A stretch of DNA of 64,000 bases, taken from positions 32,001 to 96,000 of IMG/VR virus record IMGVR_UViG_3300017917_002108, one strand, 5' to 3'. Each line of letters opens with the position of its first letter. Positions within the stretch are counted from its first letter, which is position 1. Below are positions 9,908 through 21,069 of the stretch, piece by piece. The DNA is from a virus. The notes beneath the pieces were generated by a model. That model ran no database searches and had not been told where the DNA came from. It saw only the letters and a program-made list of their open reading frames with translations. The translations under genes were made by a program, and so were the position numbers.

Positions 9908-12354
9908 TGGCACGAAGAACAATAGACCCCAAAAAGGCTCCGATATTATGGAGTACCATAGATCAGGCCTTCGAGGATATCAATTTAAATTTTACTGAGC
10001 TTTATGCTACAGTTGGAGGTCCCGGGGGTGTTGTTGATTTTGGTTCTCTTCCGACCGACGTTATCCCCAGCGATAGCGGAACCTACGATATAGGTTCTCC
10101 TACAAAACGTTGGAGAGATCTTTATCTCACTGGTTCAACCATTTATCTAGGATCGGCTGTTATTTCGTCAGTGGACGGGAAAGTTAATCTTCCTCCCGGA
10201 AGTTCTATTGGAGGATCAATATTAGATCAAGAATATTTTAGATCTATAGCGGTAGTTGGACAAACAGACATCGTAGCAGACGCAGGCGGCAACGATGTTT
10301 TAAATATAGCGTCCGGTAGTGGTATTTCTATAACTACAAATGCTAGTACTGATACATTGACCTTTACCAACAGCGGAGTAACATCCGCTATTGCTGGAAC
10401 TGGAATAAGCGTAAACACAGCTTCAGGAGCAGTTACATTTACTAATTCCGGAGTAACAGGTCTAGTCCAAGGCGCAGGTATAAGCGTCAGTGCTGCTACA
10501 GGAAATATTACCGTGGCCAACACTGGTGTGCTCAGTGTTGTAACAGATCCTGGATCTGGTATTACTCTAGATACCACAGTACCCGGAGTGGTTCGTGTAA
10601 CCAACAGTGCGCCAAATACCACTCAGAATTTATATAGAAATATCGCAGTTTCCGGACAGGTCACTCTTATTGCTGGAGATCCATTAGCGACATTGACATT
10701 AGTCAATGGTAACGGTATCAATATAACCACAACACCCGCCAGTGATTCTATTACAGTAACCAATACAGGTGTAACTAGTCTGGCTGTGTCTGCTCCAGGT
10801 CTAAGTATCACGGGTAGCACAGGTAGTTTAACTTTATCTAACACAGGTGTTACCGCTATATCAGCGGGTAATGGGATTTCTACTATTAACACTAGCACAG
10901 GTACAGTTGTTATTTCTAATACCAGATTCGGATTTACCAATATAGCGGTCACAGGCCAAAATCCCATCCAGGCAGACAACACCACAGATACATTTACTTT
11001 GATCGCAGGTGACGGTGTTGTGTTGACCACCAACGATGTCAATGACAGTTTGACCATAGACGTTAATTATGTCAAGGGAAATGTGTATTCCGAAAGTTCT
11101 ACAGTTTTAGTCAATGCTGCTCTAGGTAAAATTGTAGGCGACATAGAAACAGGTTCATTGAGAACATCTGCTACCGAAATAGCCTTAGGCGATGGGGCTG
11201 GTGAAGCTAACCAAGGATTTGCCGGTGTTGCCATAGGTAGATATGCTGGGGGATCCTCGCAGGGTAATAGATCGACCGCAGTTGGATTCAGTGCTGGTTC
11301 CTATTCTCAAGCAGCCTATTCTTTGGCTGTGGGCGATTCTGCAGGTAACATAAATCAAGGAACTAGATCAGTAGCTCTAGGAACACAAGCTGGTCAAAGT
11401 AATCAAGGCACCGCAGCAGTAGCCATTGGATATTCTGCAGGAGTGAATAACCAACCCGCAAACAGTATTATTATAAATGCTAGCGGAGTTGCACTAAACG
11501 GTAGTGCCTCAGGATTCTATGTAAATCCTGTGAGAGAGGTTACTGGTCCACAGGTTCTATATTATAATCCTTCTGACAAAGAAATAACATGGGGTCCTGT
11601 GCCAGCAGGAGGATCAGGAGGCAGCGGCGGTGGTGATTTTGAACTTAATGTTGCTGCAGACGATTCGACCATAAGAAGAATCTTCAACGGAGAAACATTA
11701 AAATTCGTAGGTGCATCTGGTATTAGTACAGCCACCGACGGTGAAGGCAAAGTAACTATCACAGGTCCGTCATTGTCCACTGTGGCCAATACTGGCAGTT
11801 ATAATGACCTTTTGAATTTACCCTCTATCCCAGCAGCCTACTCAGCTACCAGCATAGATGCACTATCAGACGTAGACACTTCCACTACACCGCCAACCAA
11901 TGGACAAAGCCTAGTATGGAGTTCTGTCAGCAGTAAATGGCTGCCCAGCACGATCAGTGGAGGTGGAGGTAGTCTACAATCAAGATCAACCGTTGGCACT
12001 TCGACAACTAATTTGGCCAATGGTGCTACCGGTAATATTACTATCACAGGTTATAAAGGATACATGTTGTATAAGATACAGACATCTGCAGCATCATGGG
12101 TTAGAATTTATACTGATTCAGCATCTCGAGCAGCAGATGCTTCTAGAGTAGAAGGTTCTGATCCTTTACCAGGATCAGGAGTTATAGCAGAAGTCATTAC
12201 TACAGGATCTCAAACAGTCTTAGTAAGTCCGGGAACCATAGGTTTCAGCAATGAATCAAGTCCTTCTACAAATATAGAAGTGGCTGTTACCAACAAGAGT
12301 GGTATCACTACAAATATCACTGTTACCCTTACTGTGGTACAGCTAGAGGCCTAA
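9907..12354 (+). CDS. Tail fibre protein with GVTS/AGxGI repeats and YadA-head-like repeats
   Basis: N-terminal AFEDINLNFTELY; many NTGVTS..AG.GIS repeats; AVAIG..AG repeats. Confidence 0.75.
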   Translation: MARRTIDPKKAPILWSTIDQAFEDINLNFTELYATVGGPGGVVDFGSLPTDVIPSDSGTYDIGSPTKRWRDLYLTGSTIYLGSAVISSVDGKVNLPPGSSIGGSILDQEYFRSIAVVGQTDIVADAGGNDVLNIASGSGISITTNASTDTLTFTNSGVTSAIAGTGISVNTASGAVTFTNSGVTGLVQGAGISVSAATGNITVANTGVLSVVTDPGSGITLDTTVPGVVRVTNSAPNTTQNLYRNIAVSGQVTLIAGDPLATLTLVNGNGINITTTPASDSITVTNTGVTSLAVSAPGLSITGSTGSLTLSNTGVTAISAGNGISTINTSTGTVVISNTRFGFTNIAVTGQNPIQADNTTDTFTLIAGDGVVLTTNDVNDSLTIDVNYVKGNVYSESSTVLVNAALGKIVGDIETGSLRTSATEIALGDGAGEANQGFAGVAIGRYAGGSSQGNRSTAVGFSAGSYSQAAYSLAVGDSAGNINQGTRSVALGTQAGQSNQGTAAVAIGYSAGVNNQPANSIIINASGVALNGSASGFYVNPVREVTGPQVLYYNPSDKEITWGPVPAGGSGGSGGGDFELNVAADDSTIRRIFNGETLKFVGASGISTATDGEGKVTITGPSLSTVANTGSYNDLLNLPSIPAAYSATSIDALSDVDTSTTPPTNGQSLVWSSVSSKWLPSTISGGGGSLQSRSTVGTSTTNLANGATGNITITGYKGYMLYKIQTSAASWVRIYTDSASRAADASRVEGSDPLPGSGVIAEVITTGSQTVLVSPGTIGFSNESSPSTNIEVAVTNKSGITTNITVTLTVVQLEA

Positions 12355-12355
12355 G

Positions 12356-15043
12356 ATGTCTGAACTCCTACATCTCATAACAACTAGAAAATATCTAGTT
12401 ATAGCCAATGAATTTCAGGATCTAGATTCTATCTATGATGACCTCGAAACCCTAGGAAAATCACCTACAGGTCTAGATTTATTTAGAGATATAGAGTGTG
12501 TGGACAGGAAGCCTAGTAGTAGGAGCACCGTGTATAGGTTGACAGATTATGAAGCTGATCAATTAAAACAAGATCCCAGAATCAAAACTGTAGAAGCACA
12601 TCCCGATGAGCTTGGTATCACTGCTGGCACCACAGCTACTAGTCAAACATCATCAAATTGGGACAAATCAGGTTCTACAAGTTCGTCTATGAAAAATTGG
12701 GCCTTGCTACGTTGCACAGAAGGAACTCAACGAGCAGGTTGGGGTGGAGTTGGCTACGAAGGCAACGGCACCGGTACTGCTACAGAGTCAGGAACTATAA
12801 CACTAACGCAAACTGGTCGTAATGTAGATATAGTAGTCATTGATGAAAACGGACTAGTTTGGAATCATCCAGAATATGCTGTCAATGCAGACGGGACAGG
12901 CGGCACAAGAACTGTTCAATACAATTGGGAACAACATAATCTAGCAGTCAAAGGAACAGCGGCATCAAATTATGTCTATGGCACTGGTTCTCATTCCACC
13001 CATGTGGCGGGAACTGTAGCCGGTAATACACAAGGCTGGGCTAGAAATGCCAATATATATAATATCTATTATCTAGCTGGTGATTCAGGTAGTGGTGATT
13101 TTCAGTATGTTATAGATTATGTTAGACAATTTCATGCCAATAAAAGTATAAATCCTGCTACTGGAAGACGTAATCCTACTATTACCAACAACAGTTGGGG
13201 CATGAGTATATTTCCCAGCGAATGGAGTTTCTCGGATATAACTGCTGTGACCTATAGGGGTGTTAGATATGCTCCCGCAGGTACTACAACCTATCTAGGC
13301 ACCAGCGGTGTTTGTACAACCAATACAAAACTTGCCGATCTATTAGGTTACGAAAACTTTGGAAATAGAATCGTTACTTCAGGAACTGCTACAACACCAG
13401 GCGGAACAATAACTGCTAAACCAGCGTCATGGACTCAAGACAGCAGTCAAAGTGTTTATATAGCACAGTTGACAGCTCCCTCAGCCTCATATTCTGTGTC
13501 GTTGAATATTACAGGTGCTAATACTGTGGTAAATGTGCGCAGTGATGTTGCGTCCGGAGGATCATTAGGTATAACTACCTTAACTATAAGCATCCAGATA
13601 TTAAGAACATCAGACAACACTGTCGTGGCTAGTTTTACACAAGGTCCTACATCTTCAGACAATGGAGGTGAAATCGGTCTCGTCATAGACGAAAATGTTA
13701 CTCTATCGGCTACAGGAAATTATACAGTAACCTATACCACTGTTCTGCAAAACGGTTCGGTGTCAAATCCTCTAACTGCCTTTAATATGTTAACACATAT
13801 TAATACTATACCTGTCTCAGAAAATGCTACGGTTACTTCAATAACAAATTCTTTACTAGGAGCAGCTAGCCTAACTGCCTCTACATCACCCACTACCGGC
13901 AATAACGACGATGGATATTGGTCTTTGTCTTTGCCTTTCTCTATAGAATATCTAGGAATAACTTACAATACAGTATATCCCGGAACAAATTTCTATCTTA
14001 CTTTTGGCTCTGGTTCAGCAGTTTGGAGTGGGATAAACATTTCTAATCCGGGACTGCCTAAAATTATGTGGTGTGCTAGAGATAACTCGGTGCAGAGAAT
14101 TTATTATGGTACAGAAGGATCTGCGCCTAATAGAACCTATAGAATACGCATGGAAGGTACATCAGCTACTTCAGGAACCCTAGGATCTCCTAATATGGTC
14201 TGCGAATATATATTCTATGAAAATAATCCTAGCAGAATAGATTTACAATTAGGAACAAACAATGCCAAACAACTTACAGGCAGTTTTACCACACAACAAC
14301 TGAATAATTTTGGATTCATTTCAGGACAACGTATTCCTGCTAGAGTGGCCAGTCTTGATGTTGATATAGAAGACGCCATAGACGAAGGCATAATATTTGT
14401 TGGCGCAGCCGGTAATGGAAGATGGAAGCACTGCCTACCGGGCGATCCAGATTGGAACAATACATTTGAAATGTCTGTAAGATATCCTGCCAGTGTCAGC
14501 AGTCCTTATTATTACATGCGTGGTACTAGTCCTACTGCCAACGACAATACCATAGACGGTGACTATGATATACCTAATATCTGTGTAGGATCGATAGATT
14601 CTATCCAGATAGACCAAAAGGTATTGTATAGCGATTGCGGTACAGGAGTAGATATATGGGCACCAGGCACTAATATTATAAGTTCATTACCCAGCGGTAC
14701 TGCTGATCCAAGAAGCGTCAGCTACTATCTGGGCAAATACAATGGGACTAGCATGGCCAGTCCACAGGTGTGTGGTGTATTGGCCTGTGCCTTAGAAATT
14801 TATCCTCACTGGAAACAAGAAGATGCCAAGGCCTACATAACCGGAATAGCCAAAACGAATCAACTATCAGCCAGTGCTGGGGGCTCTACGGATGGTCAGG
14901 ATCTGCAGGGAGCTCCTAATAAAACCTTGTTTTACAAGCGAGAAAGAGAAGATTCAGGAAATGTATTTCCTAAGACAAATTATAATGTAAGACCCACAAC
15001 AGGATCTGTGTATCCTAGACCTAGAATACGAAGAACAATATAA
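12356..15043 (+). CDS. S8 subtilisin-like serine protease with large beta-rich insertion, probably virion-associated
   Basis: Catalytic motifs IVVID, HSTHVAGT, AAGNG, GTSMASP; located among fibre genes. Confidence 0.88.
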   Translation: MSELLHLITTRKYLVIANEFQDLDSIYDDLETLGKSPTGLDLFRDIECVDRKPSSRSTVYRLTDYEADQLKQDPRIKTVEAHPDELGITAGTTATSQTSSNWDKSGSTSSSMKNWALLRCTEGTQRAGWGGVGYEGNGTGTATESGTITLTQTGRNVDIVVIDENGLVWNHPEYAVNADGTGGTRTVQYNWEQHNLAVKGTAASNYVYGTGSHSTHVAGTVAGNTQGWARNANIYNIYYLAGDSGSGDFQYVIDYVRQFHANKSINPATGRRNPTITNNSWGMSIFPSEWSFSDITAVTYRGVRYAPAGTTTYLGTSGVCTTNTKLADLLGYENFGNRIVTSGTATTPGGTITAKPASWTQDSSQSVYIAQLTAPSASYSVSLNITGANTVVNVRSDVASGGSLGITTLTISIQILRTSDNTVVASFTQGPTSSDNGGEIGLVIDENVTLSATGNYTVTYTTVLQNGSVSNPLTAFNMLTHINTIPVSENATVTSITNSLLGAASLTASTSPTTGNNDDGYWSLSLPFSIEYLGITYNTVYPGTNFYLTFGSGSAVWSGINISNPGLPKIMWCARDNSVQRIYYGTEGSAPNRTYRIRMEGTSATSGTLGSPNMVCEYIFYENNPSRIDLQLGTNNAKQLTGSFTTQQLNNFGFISGQRIPARVASLDVDIEDAIDEGIIFVGAAGNGRWKHCLPGDPDWNNTFEMSVRYPASVSSPYYYMRGTSPTANDNTIDGDYDIPNICVGSIDSIQIDQKVLYSDCGTGVDIWAPGTNIISSLPSGTADPRSVSYYLGKYNGTSMASPQVCGVLACALEIYPHWKQEDAKAYITGIAKTNQLSASAGGSTDGQDLQGAPNKTLFYKREREDSGNVFPKTNYNVRPTTGSVYPRPRIRRTI

Positions 15044-15054
15044 CGGAGCGCAAC

Positions 15055-18000
15055 ATGGCCAAACAAACGATTAATGTAGGAACAACAGCTAATGACCGAA
15101 AGGGCGACAGCCTCAGAGCCGCGTTCCAAAAAGTAAATGCTAACTTTTCAGAACTTTATACTGCATTAGGTTTAACAGGGGACGCTACATTAAATTTAGG
15201 TGCATTTGAATTTACTGGTAGTACGATGAGTACTACAAACAGTTCGGCTATTGTTATTGATCAGGCAACTACCGTTACTAGTAATTTAACCGTAGGCGGT
15301 GACATATTGCCAAGCATCGATAATAATCAAGATATCGGTAGTCCCGCAAAACAGTGGCGACACATTTATATGTCAGGCGGTAGTATCTACTTAGACAACA
15401 TCAAACTGACCAACAACGCTGGTAAACTTGAGATCATCAAGGTTATCAATCCGGGCGAAGAAAACGAAGCACCAGACCCAGAAGACAGCAATGCCGGTAG
15501 CGCAGTTACAAATAAATTAGTTAACGGTGAACAAGAATTTATTTTAGAAACAGATGGTTCTGTGACTATACCTAATGGTGGAAAATTGGGTCCGGTACAA
15601 TTTCCTACAGGTAATGAAGTATACACAGAAGGAAACGACGGCTATAGTCAATTGAACTGGGATAATACTAACTTTGTTTGGACTGATAACGCAGGTGCTT
15701 CAGTTCAAGCAGGATCTAAAACATGGGCGTTTGGTAGTAGCGGTAACTTGACATTACCTCCCGGAGGTGATATCCTAGATAGTGCCGGTAATTCGGTGCT
15801 AGGAGGTGGTGGTGGATTCTCATTGCCACCTGATACAACATTTGATGACTTTTATGAAGACGGTGGCGCCACAATATACAACAGTGGTGGCAAGATACAG
15901 TTATATTCTCTTGTCAGCGAAGGCAATGACGGTGTTAATATTCGTGTCAAAGGTGACGGCGGCGACAGTACTTGGGAGTTTAAGAGTAATGGGTCTATAA
16001 CATTCCCAGACAATGAACTTAAAACATCTATAGATAATGATCTATCTATAGTAACTGAAAGTTCGCCAACAGAACCACCAACAACTATAGAGATAGTTGG
16101 TGCTGATTTTGTAGCAGTGAATCTAACCTACACTCAATCTATCAGTGATCCCAATGCTTGGATTCCTGCTAATTATAATCCTGCTACTGATCCTTACATA
16201 CAGTTTGATAACGGATATGGAATCTGGCATCCGGCGTTTGAACAACCAATATATGTCAACACAGGCACATTGAATGTACCATTGGAACAGTGGAACACCA
16301 ATCCTCCACTGGGCAGTGTGCCTCCTACAGGTGTTTATACCTATCCTAATACCTATACTAAAACTTGGACATTTGACAACGAAGGTGCTATCAACTTACC
16401 AGATCCTGGAACTATTAGAAACACCAGTGGAGCCGCAAATCTAGTAGCAACTGACTACGCTCAACTACAGTGGACTACACAGGCAGGTGCTAATGATCCA
16501 GATCCTAACGGTACACAAGAACCAAAGAACTGGGTTTATGTCGAAGTTGGCGGTGCATATATTGAAACCAACATAAATGGTCTAGGATCATCACACAGTT
16601 GGCATTTTGGCAACGATGGTGTTCTAACTCTACCACAAGGCGGTGACATTCAAAACAGCGCCGGAAACTCAGTATTAGGTGGTAGTGTTGTTGAACGATC
16701 AGTAGAATTTCCATTAGGTGAATCTGGAGACACTAGAGGCACAATCGCTCTAACACCCAACGGTACGACCTACATCTGTACAGCAGATTGGGTTGACGCA
16801 TCAACAGGTCTACAGGGCACATTTACTGCTGTAACTCTTGAATTATACGATATAGGTCAAGGGGGCGGAGTTTATAATAGTGCTATACTATCAATAGCAG
16901 ACGAACCAGAAATTTATAACATTTTAAGATACGGTAGTTGGACTGAAGGACAGTTCACCATTGATGCTGGTCCAACCTGGGGCGGTGCCAAGAACGTAAC
17001 CTCTACCGGTTACAACGATCAAGCAGGAACTATGAGTGTGTTGTGGGCAGTTGGCCCTGGAGACCCTCAACAGATTCCATTAGGAACCAGCGTAACTGTC
17101 GTGTATACTGGCGGTGGAACACAAACACCAATCTGGAAAAAACTAGTAGATCTAACCAGTGAAGGCTACGGTGATGGTACTATCAACTGGACCAACGAAG
17201 GCGACTTGACTATTGAAACACTACGTCCTCAAGGTTATAACGGTGACTGCGATGTCAACATCTATGGCGCTGACGATATTTGGATTGAAGCCAAAGGTGA
17301 TCAAGCAGAGATCAAGGCTTTTTCCGATGTTCGAATTGCCAGCGATGGCGGTAATCATCAATGGACTTTTACCAAAGCCGGCGCAGTACAACTACCATAT
17401 CTAAACAATATAGGTTATCAAAACGGTTACGGTCTAAACGGTCCCACACTACGTCTAGGTGGAGAAAACGATCCTAACGATCAAGTTATCATCACAGGTC
17501 CAGTGCCAGACAGCAACAATGCCAGCGCACAGCGACTGGTCATCCAAGGACAGCGTGGTTTCGGTGATTGGAATCAGCCTGCGGCGGGTGAAGGTGGCGA
17601 TGTCTACATCTGGGGCGGTACTGGCGGCGAAGGATCCAACGGCGGAAATTATTACGGTGGTTCAGGCGGTGACATCAAGATACGTGGTGGACAAGGACAG
17701 AACAATGCTGGTGGTTATGTAAAGATTGAAGGCGGTAGTGCCGCAGATTGGAACGGTGGATCACATACAGGTGGTTACATAGAAATCTCAGCAGGTGATG
17801 CTACTGGAGGGGCCAATGGCAACGGCGGTGATGTAAACATCCGTGGTGGTAGGAAACAGGGCACTGGCAACAACGGAGAAGTTAATATACGCACAGGAGC
17901 CAACTCAGAACACGAATGGCGGTTTGACAACGGTGGCGGATTAAATCTACCAACCAATGGCGGGCTCAGTTTTAATTACGGTTACATAGATCAAGATACA

Positions 18001-21000
18001 ACGTTTGACAATAACACCCTGCGTCTAAGCGGCGGTGACCAAGTTGGTATCTATAGCAACGAAGATAGTAAACGTTGGCTATTCAAAGCAGATGGTACAT
18101 TAGAATTACCTGCGGGCGGGGACATCGTAGACAGCAATGGCGACAGCGTATTAGGTGTTGGCGCTCCAACTATACCAAGCACAGTCAAAGGTTGGTATCA
18201 GATACAGGGTCCAAGACCCAATAACAATGATGAAGTAGCCTTTCAAACCGTGGCTGTCACTCCAGGCGGAGAAGCGTTCACAGCAGGCAAGAACTACTAT
18301 GCTGACAATCGTGGCGATGCTACCATAGTGATACAAAAGCACAGCACTTCAGGTGAAGTACTGTTGAGCAAGCGCATTGGTGCTGGCTACGGAGCAACAC
18401 TCACAGTGGTAGTTGCTGGTGGTGTGCTCAGCGTCACAGGTGTTACCAATCTTGGCAGTCAAAGATATCAGGTCAACGAAAAACTGGTAATGTGGGGCGC
18501 ACAATGGAACGACTACAGTTATAGTTCAATATGGACTGTAAATGTAGACAGCGTAGACGGTAATGGCGCGATTCTCACAGCCAGCGTAGTTGATCAACCT
18601 ATCACTCCTCCCGCAGACGGCACCTATAACTCTAACAGTCCTGTGAGACCTGATCTGACTCTGTATGCGAACTCTATGGTCTACAACAATGAGTGTGAGC
18701 AGGTGTTTTTAGTAGCAGAATATCAATCAGGTTACAAATCTCAGTATGACAGTAATGTTACCTGGGCTATGGTCTATGTGTTGGACAGTTCAACACTAGC
18801 AGTAATGGCAACATATCTATTGAGAGACGAAGCAGACCTACATCCTATCAGCATCACAGCCAACGACAATGGCGACATCGCCGTAGTAGGACAAAAGTTC
18901 AACGAGTATAGAACGATTCCAATCACTGGCTACACTGGCGGTAACCAGTATCTAGCGGTCAGCAAGACAGTAATGGGCGAGCATTTCCCCGAAAGTGGCA
19001 TCCCTGGCGATGAATACTACAACTTCTTTGTACAGGGCACAGGCATCACTGGTCAAGCACAGGTTGATTCTGTCAACTTATATCCCTCATTGGCTACCAC
19101 TGTGCGTGAAGGTTCAGGTGCGGCATTTAATATATGGAACAATGGTGATGGCACTTATGGGTGGAACGGTATAACCTATGGTACCAACTATCGTGTAGGA
19201 CACAAGATCAAACTGTTAGGCTCAGACCTAGGCGGCACCAGTCCTGCTAACGACGCTATCGTCACTGTGACCGGCATAAACAACGATGTACAAGGCGGTA
19301 TTTCTAATATATCAATCTCAGGATCAGCCGCAGGTGTTGGTCCTCAAGTAAACTATCCTAATGTTTCAGGCACTAACTATCAAGTTGGTAGCGGTGCTCG
19401 TGTGAACATAAACGTTGATCCAGTCACGGATTTGATAACTTCTGTTGGCACAGACAACTTTGGTGACTATCACTATGTGGTAGGAGATGTACTTACCGTG
19501 TCGGGTACGGTTTTCCCAGGTGGCACCAGTCCTGCCAATGATGTAGTATTGACAGTGACTGCTGTATATCTAGGTGGTCCTAACGGTTATACAGTGGTCA
19601 GCGGAACTCCGCCAACAGATATACTGAGATTAAACGTCAGCGGCTATGATTTTAGCACAGGTACCTACACGATGAGACAGAGCCTGAACAGCGAAGCCTT
19701 TGTGTGGACACCCGGTTGGAACAAGGCCATTGGCGGCGGCAGTGATGACTATTTCCAATCAGTGATCTTTGGTTCAGACGGCACACATATATATGCTGTG
19801 GGTAAAGGTCGCTACGAAGTCACTTATGATCAAGCCCTGGTAGTCAAGATGACCAAAGGCAACGGCACCATTGTCTGGAGCAAGTATGTAAACAGTTATC
19901 TATCACCAGGCAGTGAAGTTGGTGCCTGGGCATCCAGTGTGATACAGTTGAACAACAACAATATCGTGGTCAGTGTCTACCAGTACAACAACAGTTTCAG
20001 CAGTAATGAAATAGGTCTAGTGGCACTAGACACTGACGGGGTTCTACAATGGACACGAACCTACTTGTTAGACAACGGAAGTATGGATTCAGAACATCGA
20101 CTACTACGTGATGGCTCTGACAACATCTATATAGTATTCCGTGGCTACAACGCTCGCAATGGCGATGATGCCTACAACATCTTGAAGTTGGATAGCACAG
20201 GAGCCAAGATATGGGCTCGTGCTATAACCAACAACAGTATGTATATGGATTTCGCCTACAGTTGGGGCAACGAGTTTGCGGCTATCAGCAACACACACCT
20301 TTATATCGCAGGTTATACTTCCGCACCCAACGACAACTACTACAGCGGTCTACTGATACGTTTCCCCGTAGATGGCTACAAAGAATTTGCTGAAGAAGGT
20401 TGGGCTCGTGGAGAATCTTTTGGCGACCTCAGCCTGTTCAAACCTACGACTATTACTACTACACCCGTGGCCACACCGCAGACATTTACACCAGATGTAC
20501 ACAGTGATGGAATAACCACTGTGGCCAACTACAATATGGGCTATACCTATACAGATGATTGGCAGGTGCCTGCGCTGTTGGTCAAGATGACCCGTGATGA
20601 TCTAGGCTACCTAGAGTTTGGCGATGGTTCTAAACAGAGTTTTGCCACAGATCGCATTCCGCAGATTCTGGTTGGCAACAACCAACAGATCAAACTAAGT
20701 CCACAAGATTCAGGCAAGCACTATTTTATAGGGCCAGACCAAGCCGGAGTTGATTTTATCATTCCTGAGTATGACATAGAAGATCCATATCCAGTAGGCT
20801 ACACAGTGACTATCGTGAACTGTTCAGGTGGTGATGTCTATGTCAATATGTATGCTCCAACCGACGGCAACTACTATTATGGTAGCATCTGGGGTGCAGG
20901 ACGAGACATACAGACTCGCTATTGGGGCATTCCAGACAGTGGTTCAGGAAGCCTAGTCACGCTGATGAAGGTCAAGAATGCTGAGTTCACAGGCGGTGAA

Positions 21001-21060
21001 AATATTTCAGGCACGATCTGGATGATCGCTGGTCCAAGTGACATTTACAACAACGACTAA
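15055..21060 (+). CDS. Long mosaic tail fibre / receptor-binding protein
   Basis: gp9/gp10-like N-terminus; about 8 WxFxxxGxLxLP repeats; Gly-rich GGDVxIxGG repeats; propeller-like G...W.K/R motifs. Confidence 0.78.
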   Translation: MAKQTINVGTTANDRKGDSLRAAFQKVNANFSELYTALGLTGDATLNLGAFEFTGSTMSTTNSSAIVIDQATTVTSNLTVGGDILPSIDNNQDIGSPAKQWRHIYMSGGSIYLDNIKLTNNAGKLEIIKVINPGEENEAPDPEDSNAGSAVTNKLVNGEQEFILETDGSVTIPNGGKLGPVQFPTGNEVYTEGNDGYSQLNWDNTNFVWTDNAGASVQAGSKTWAFGSSGNLTLPPGGDILDSAGNSVLGGGGGFSLPPDTTFDDFYEDGGATIYNSGGKIQLYSLVSEGNDGVNIRVKGDGGDSTWEFKSNGSITFPDNELKTSIDNDLSIVTESSPTEPPTTIEIVGADFVAVNLTYTQSISDPNAWIPANYNPATDPYIQFDNGYGIWHPAFEQPIYVNTGTLNVPLEQWNTNPPLGSVPPTGVYTYPNTYTKTWTFDNEGAINLPDPGTIRNTSGAANLVATDYAQLQWTTQAGANDPDPNGTQEPKNWVYVEVGGAYIETNINGLGSSHSWHFGNDGVLTLPQGGDIQNSAGNSVLGGSVVERSVEFPLGESGDTRGTIALTPNGTTYICTADWVDASTGLQGTFTAVTLELYDIGQGGGVYNSAILSIADEPEIYNILRYGSWTEGQFTIDAGPTWGGAKNVTSTGYNDQAGTMSVLWAVGPGDPQQIPLGTSVTVVYTGGGTQTPIWKKLVDLTSEGYGDGTINWTNEGDLTIETLRPQGYNGDCDVNIYGADDIWIEAKGDQAEIKAFSDVRIASDGGNHQWTFTKAGAVQLPYLNNIGYQNGYGLNGPTLRLGGENDPNDQVIITGPVPDSNNASAQRLVIQGQRGFGDWNQPAAGEGGDVYIWGGTGGEGSNGGNYYGGSGGDIKIRGGQGQNNAGGYVKIEGGSAADWNGGSHTGGYIEISAGDATGGANGNGGDVNIRGGRKQGTGNNGEVNIRTGANSEHEWRFDNGGGLNLPTNGGLSFNYGYIDQDTTFDNNTLRLSGGDQVGIYSNEDSKRWLFKADGTLELPAGGDIVDSNGDSVLGVGAPTIPSTVKGWYQIQGPRPNNNDEVAFQTVAVTPGGEAFTAGKNYYADNRGDATIVIQKHSTSGEVLLSKRIGAGYGATLTVVVAGGVLSVTGVTNLGSQRYQVNEKLVMWGAQWNDYSYSSIWTVNVDSVDGNGAILTASVVDQPITPPADGTYNSNSPVRPDLTLYANSMVYNNECEQVFLVAEYQSGYKSQYDSNVTWAMVYVLDSSTLAVMATYLLRDEADLHPISITANDNGDIAVVGQKFNEYRTIPITGYTGGNQYLAVSKTVMGEHFPESGIPGDEYYNFFVQGTGITGQAQVDSVNLYPSLATTVREGSGAAFNIWNNGDGTYGWNGITYGTNYRVGHKIKLLGSDLGGTSPANDAIVTVTGINNDVQGGISNISISGSAAGVGPQVNYPNVSGTNYQVGSGARVNINVDPVTDLITSVGTDNFGDYHYVVGDVLTVSGTVFPGGTSPANDVVLTVTAVYLGGPNGYTVVSGTPPTDILRLNVSGYDFSTGTYTMRQSLNSEAFVWTPGWNKAIGGGSDDYFQSVIFGSDGTHIYAVGKGRYEVTYDQALVVKMTKGNGTIVWSKYVNSYLSPGSEVGAWASSVIQLNNNNIVVSVYQYNNSFSSNEIGLVALDTDGVLQWTRTYLLDNGSMDSEHRLLRDGSDNIYIVFRGYNARNGDDAYNILKLDSTGAKIWARAITNNSMYMDFAYSWGNEFAAISNTHLYIAGYTSAPNDNYYSGLLIRFPVDGYKEFAEEGWARGESFGDLSLFKPTTITTTPVATPQTFTPDVHSDGITTVANYNMGYTYTDDWQVPALLVKMTRDDLGYLEFGDGSKQSFATDRIPQILVGNNQQIKLSPQDSGKHYFIGPDQAGVDFIIPEYDIEDPYPVGYTVTIVNCSGGDVYVNMYAPTDGNYYYGSIWGAGRDIQTRYWGIPDSGSGSLVTLMKVKNAEFTGGENISGTIWMIAGPSDIYNND

Positions 21061-21069
21061 GGATCGATC

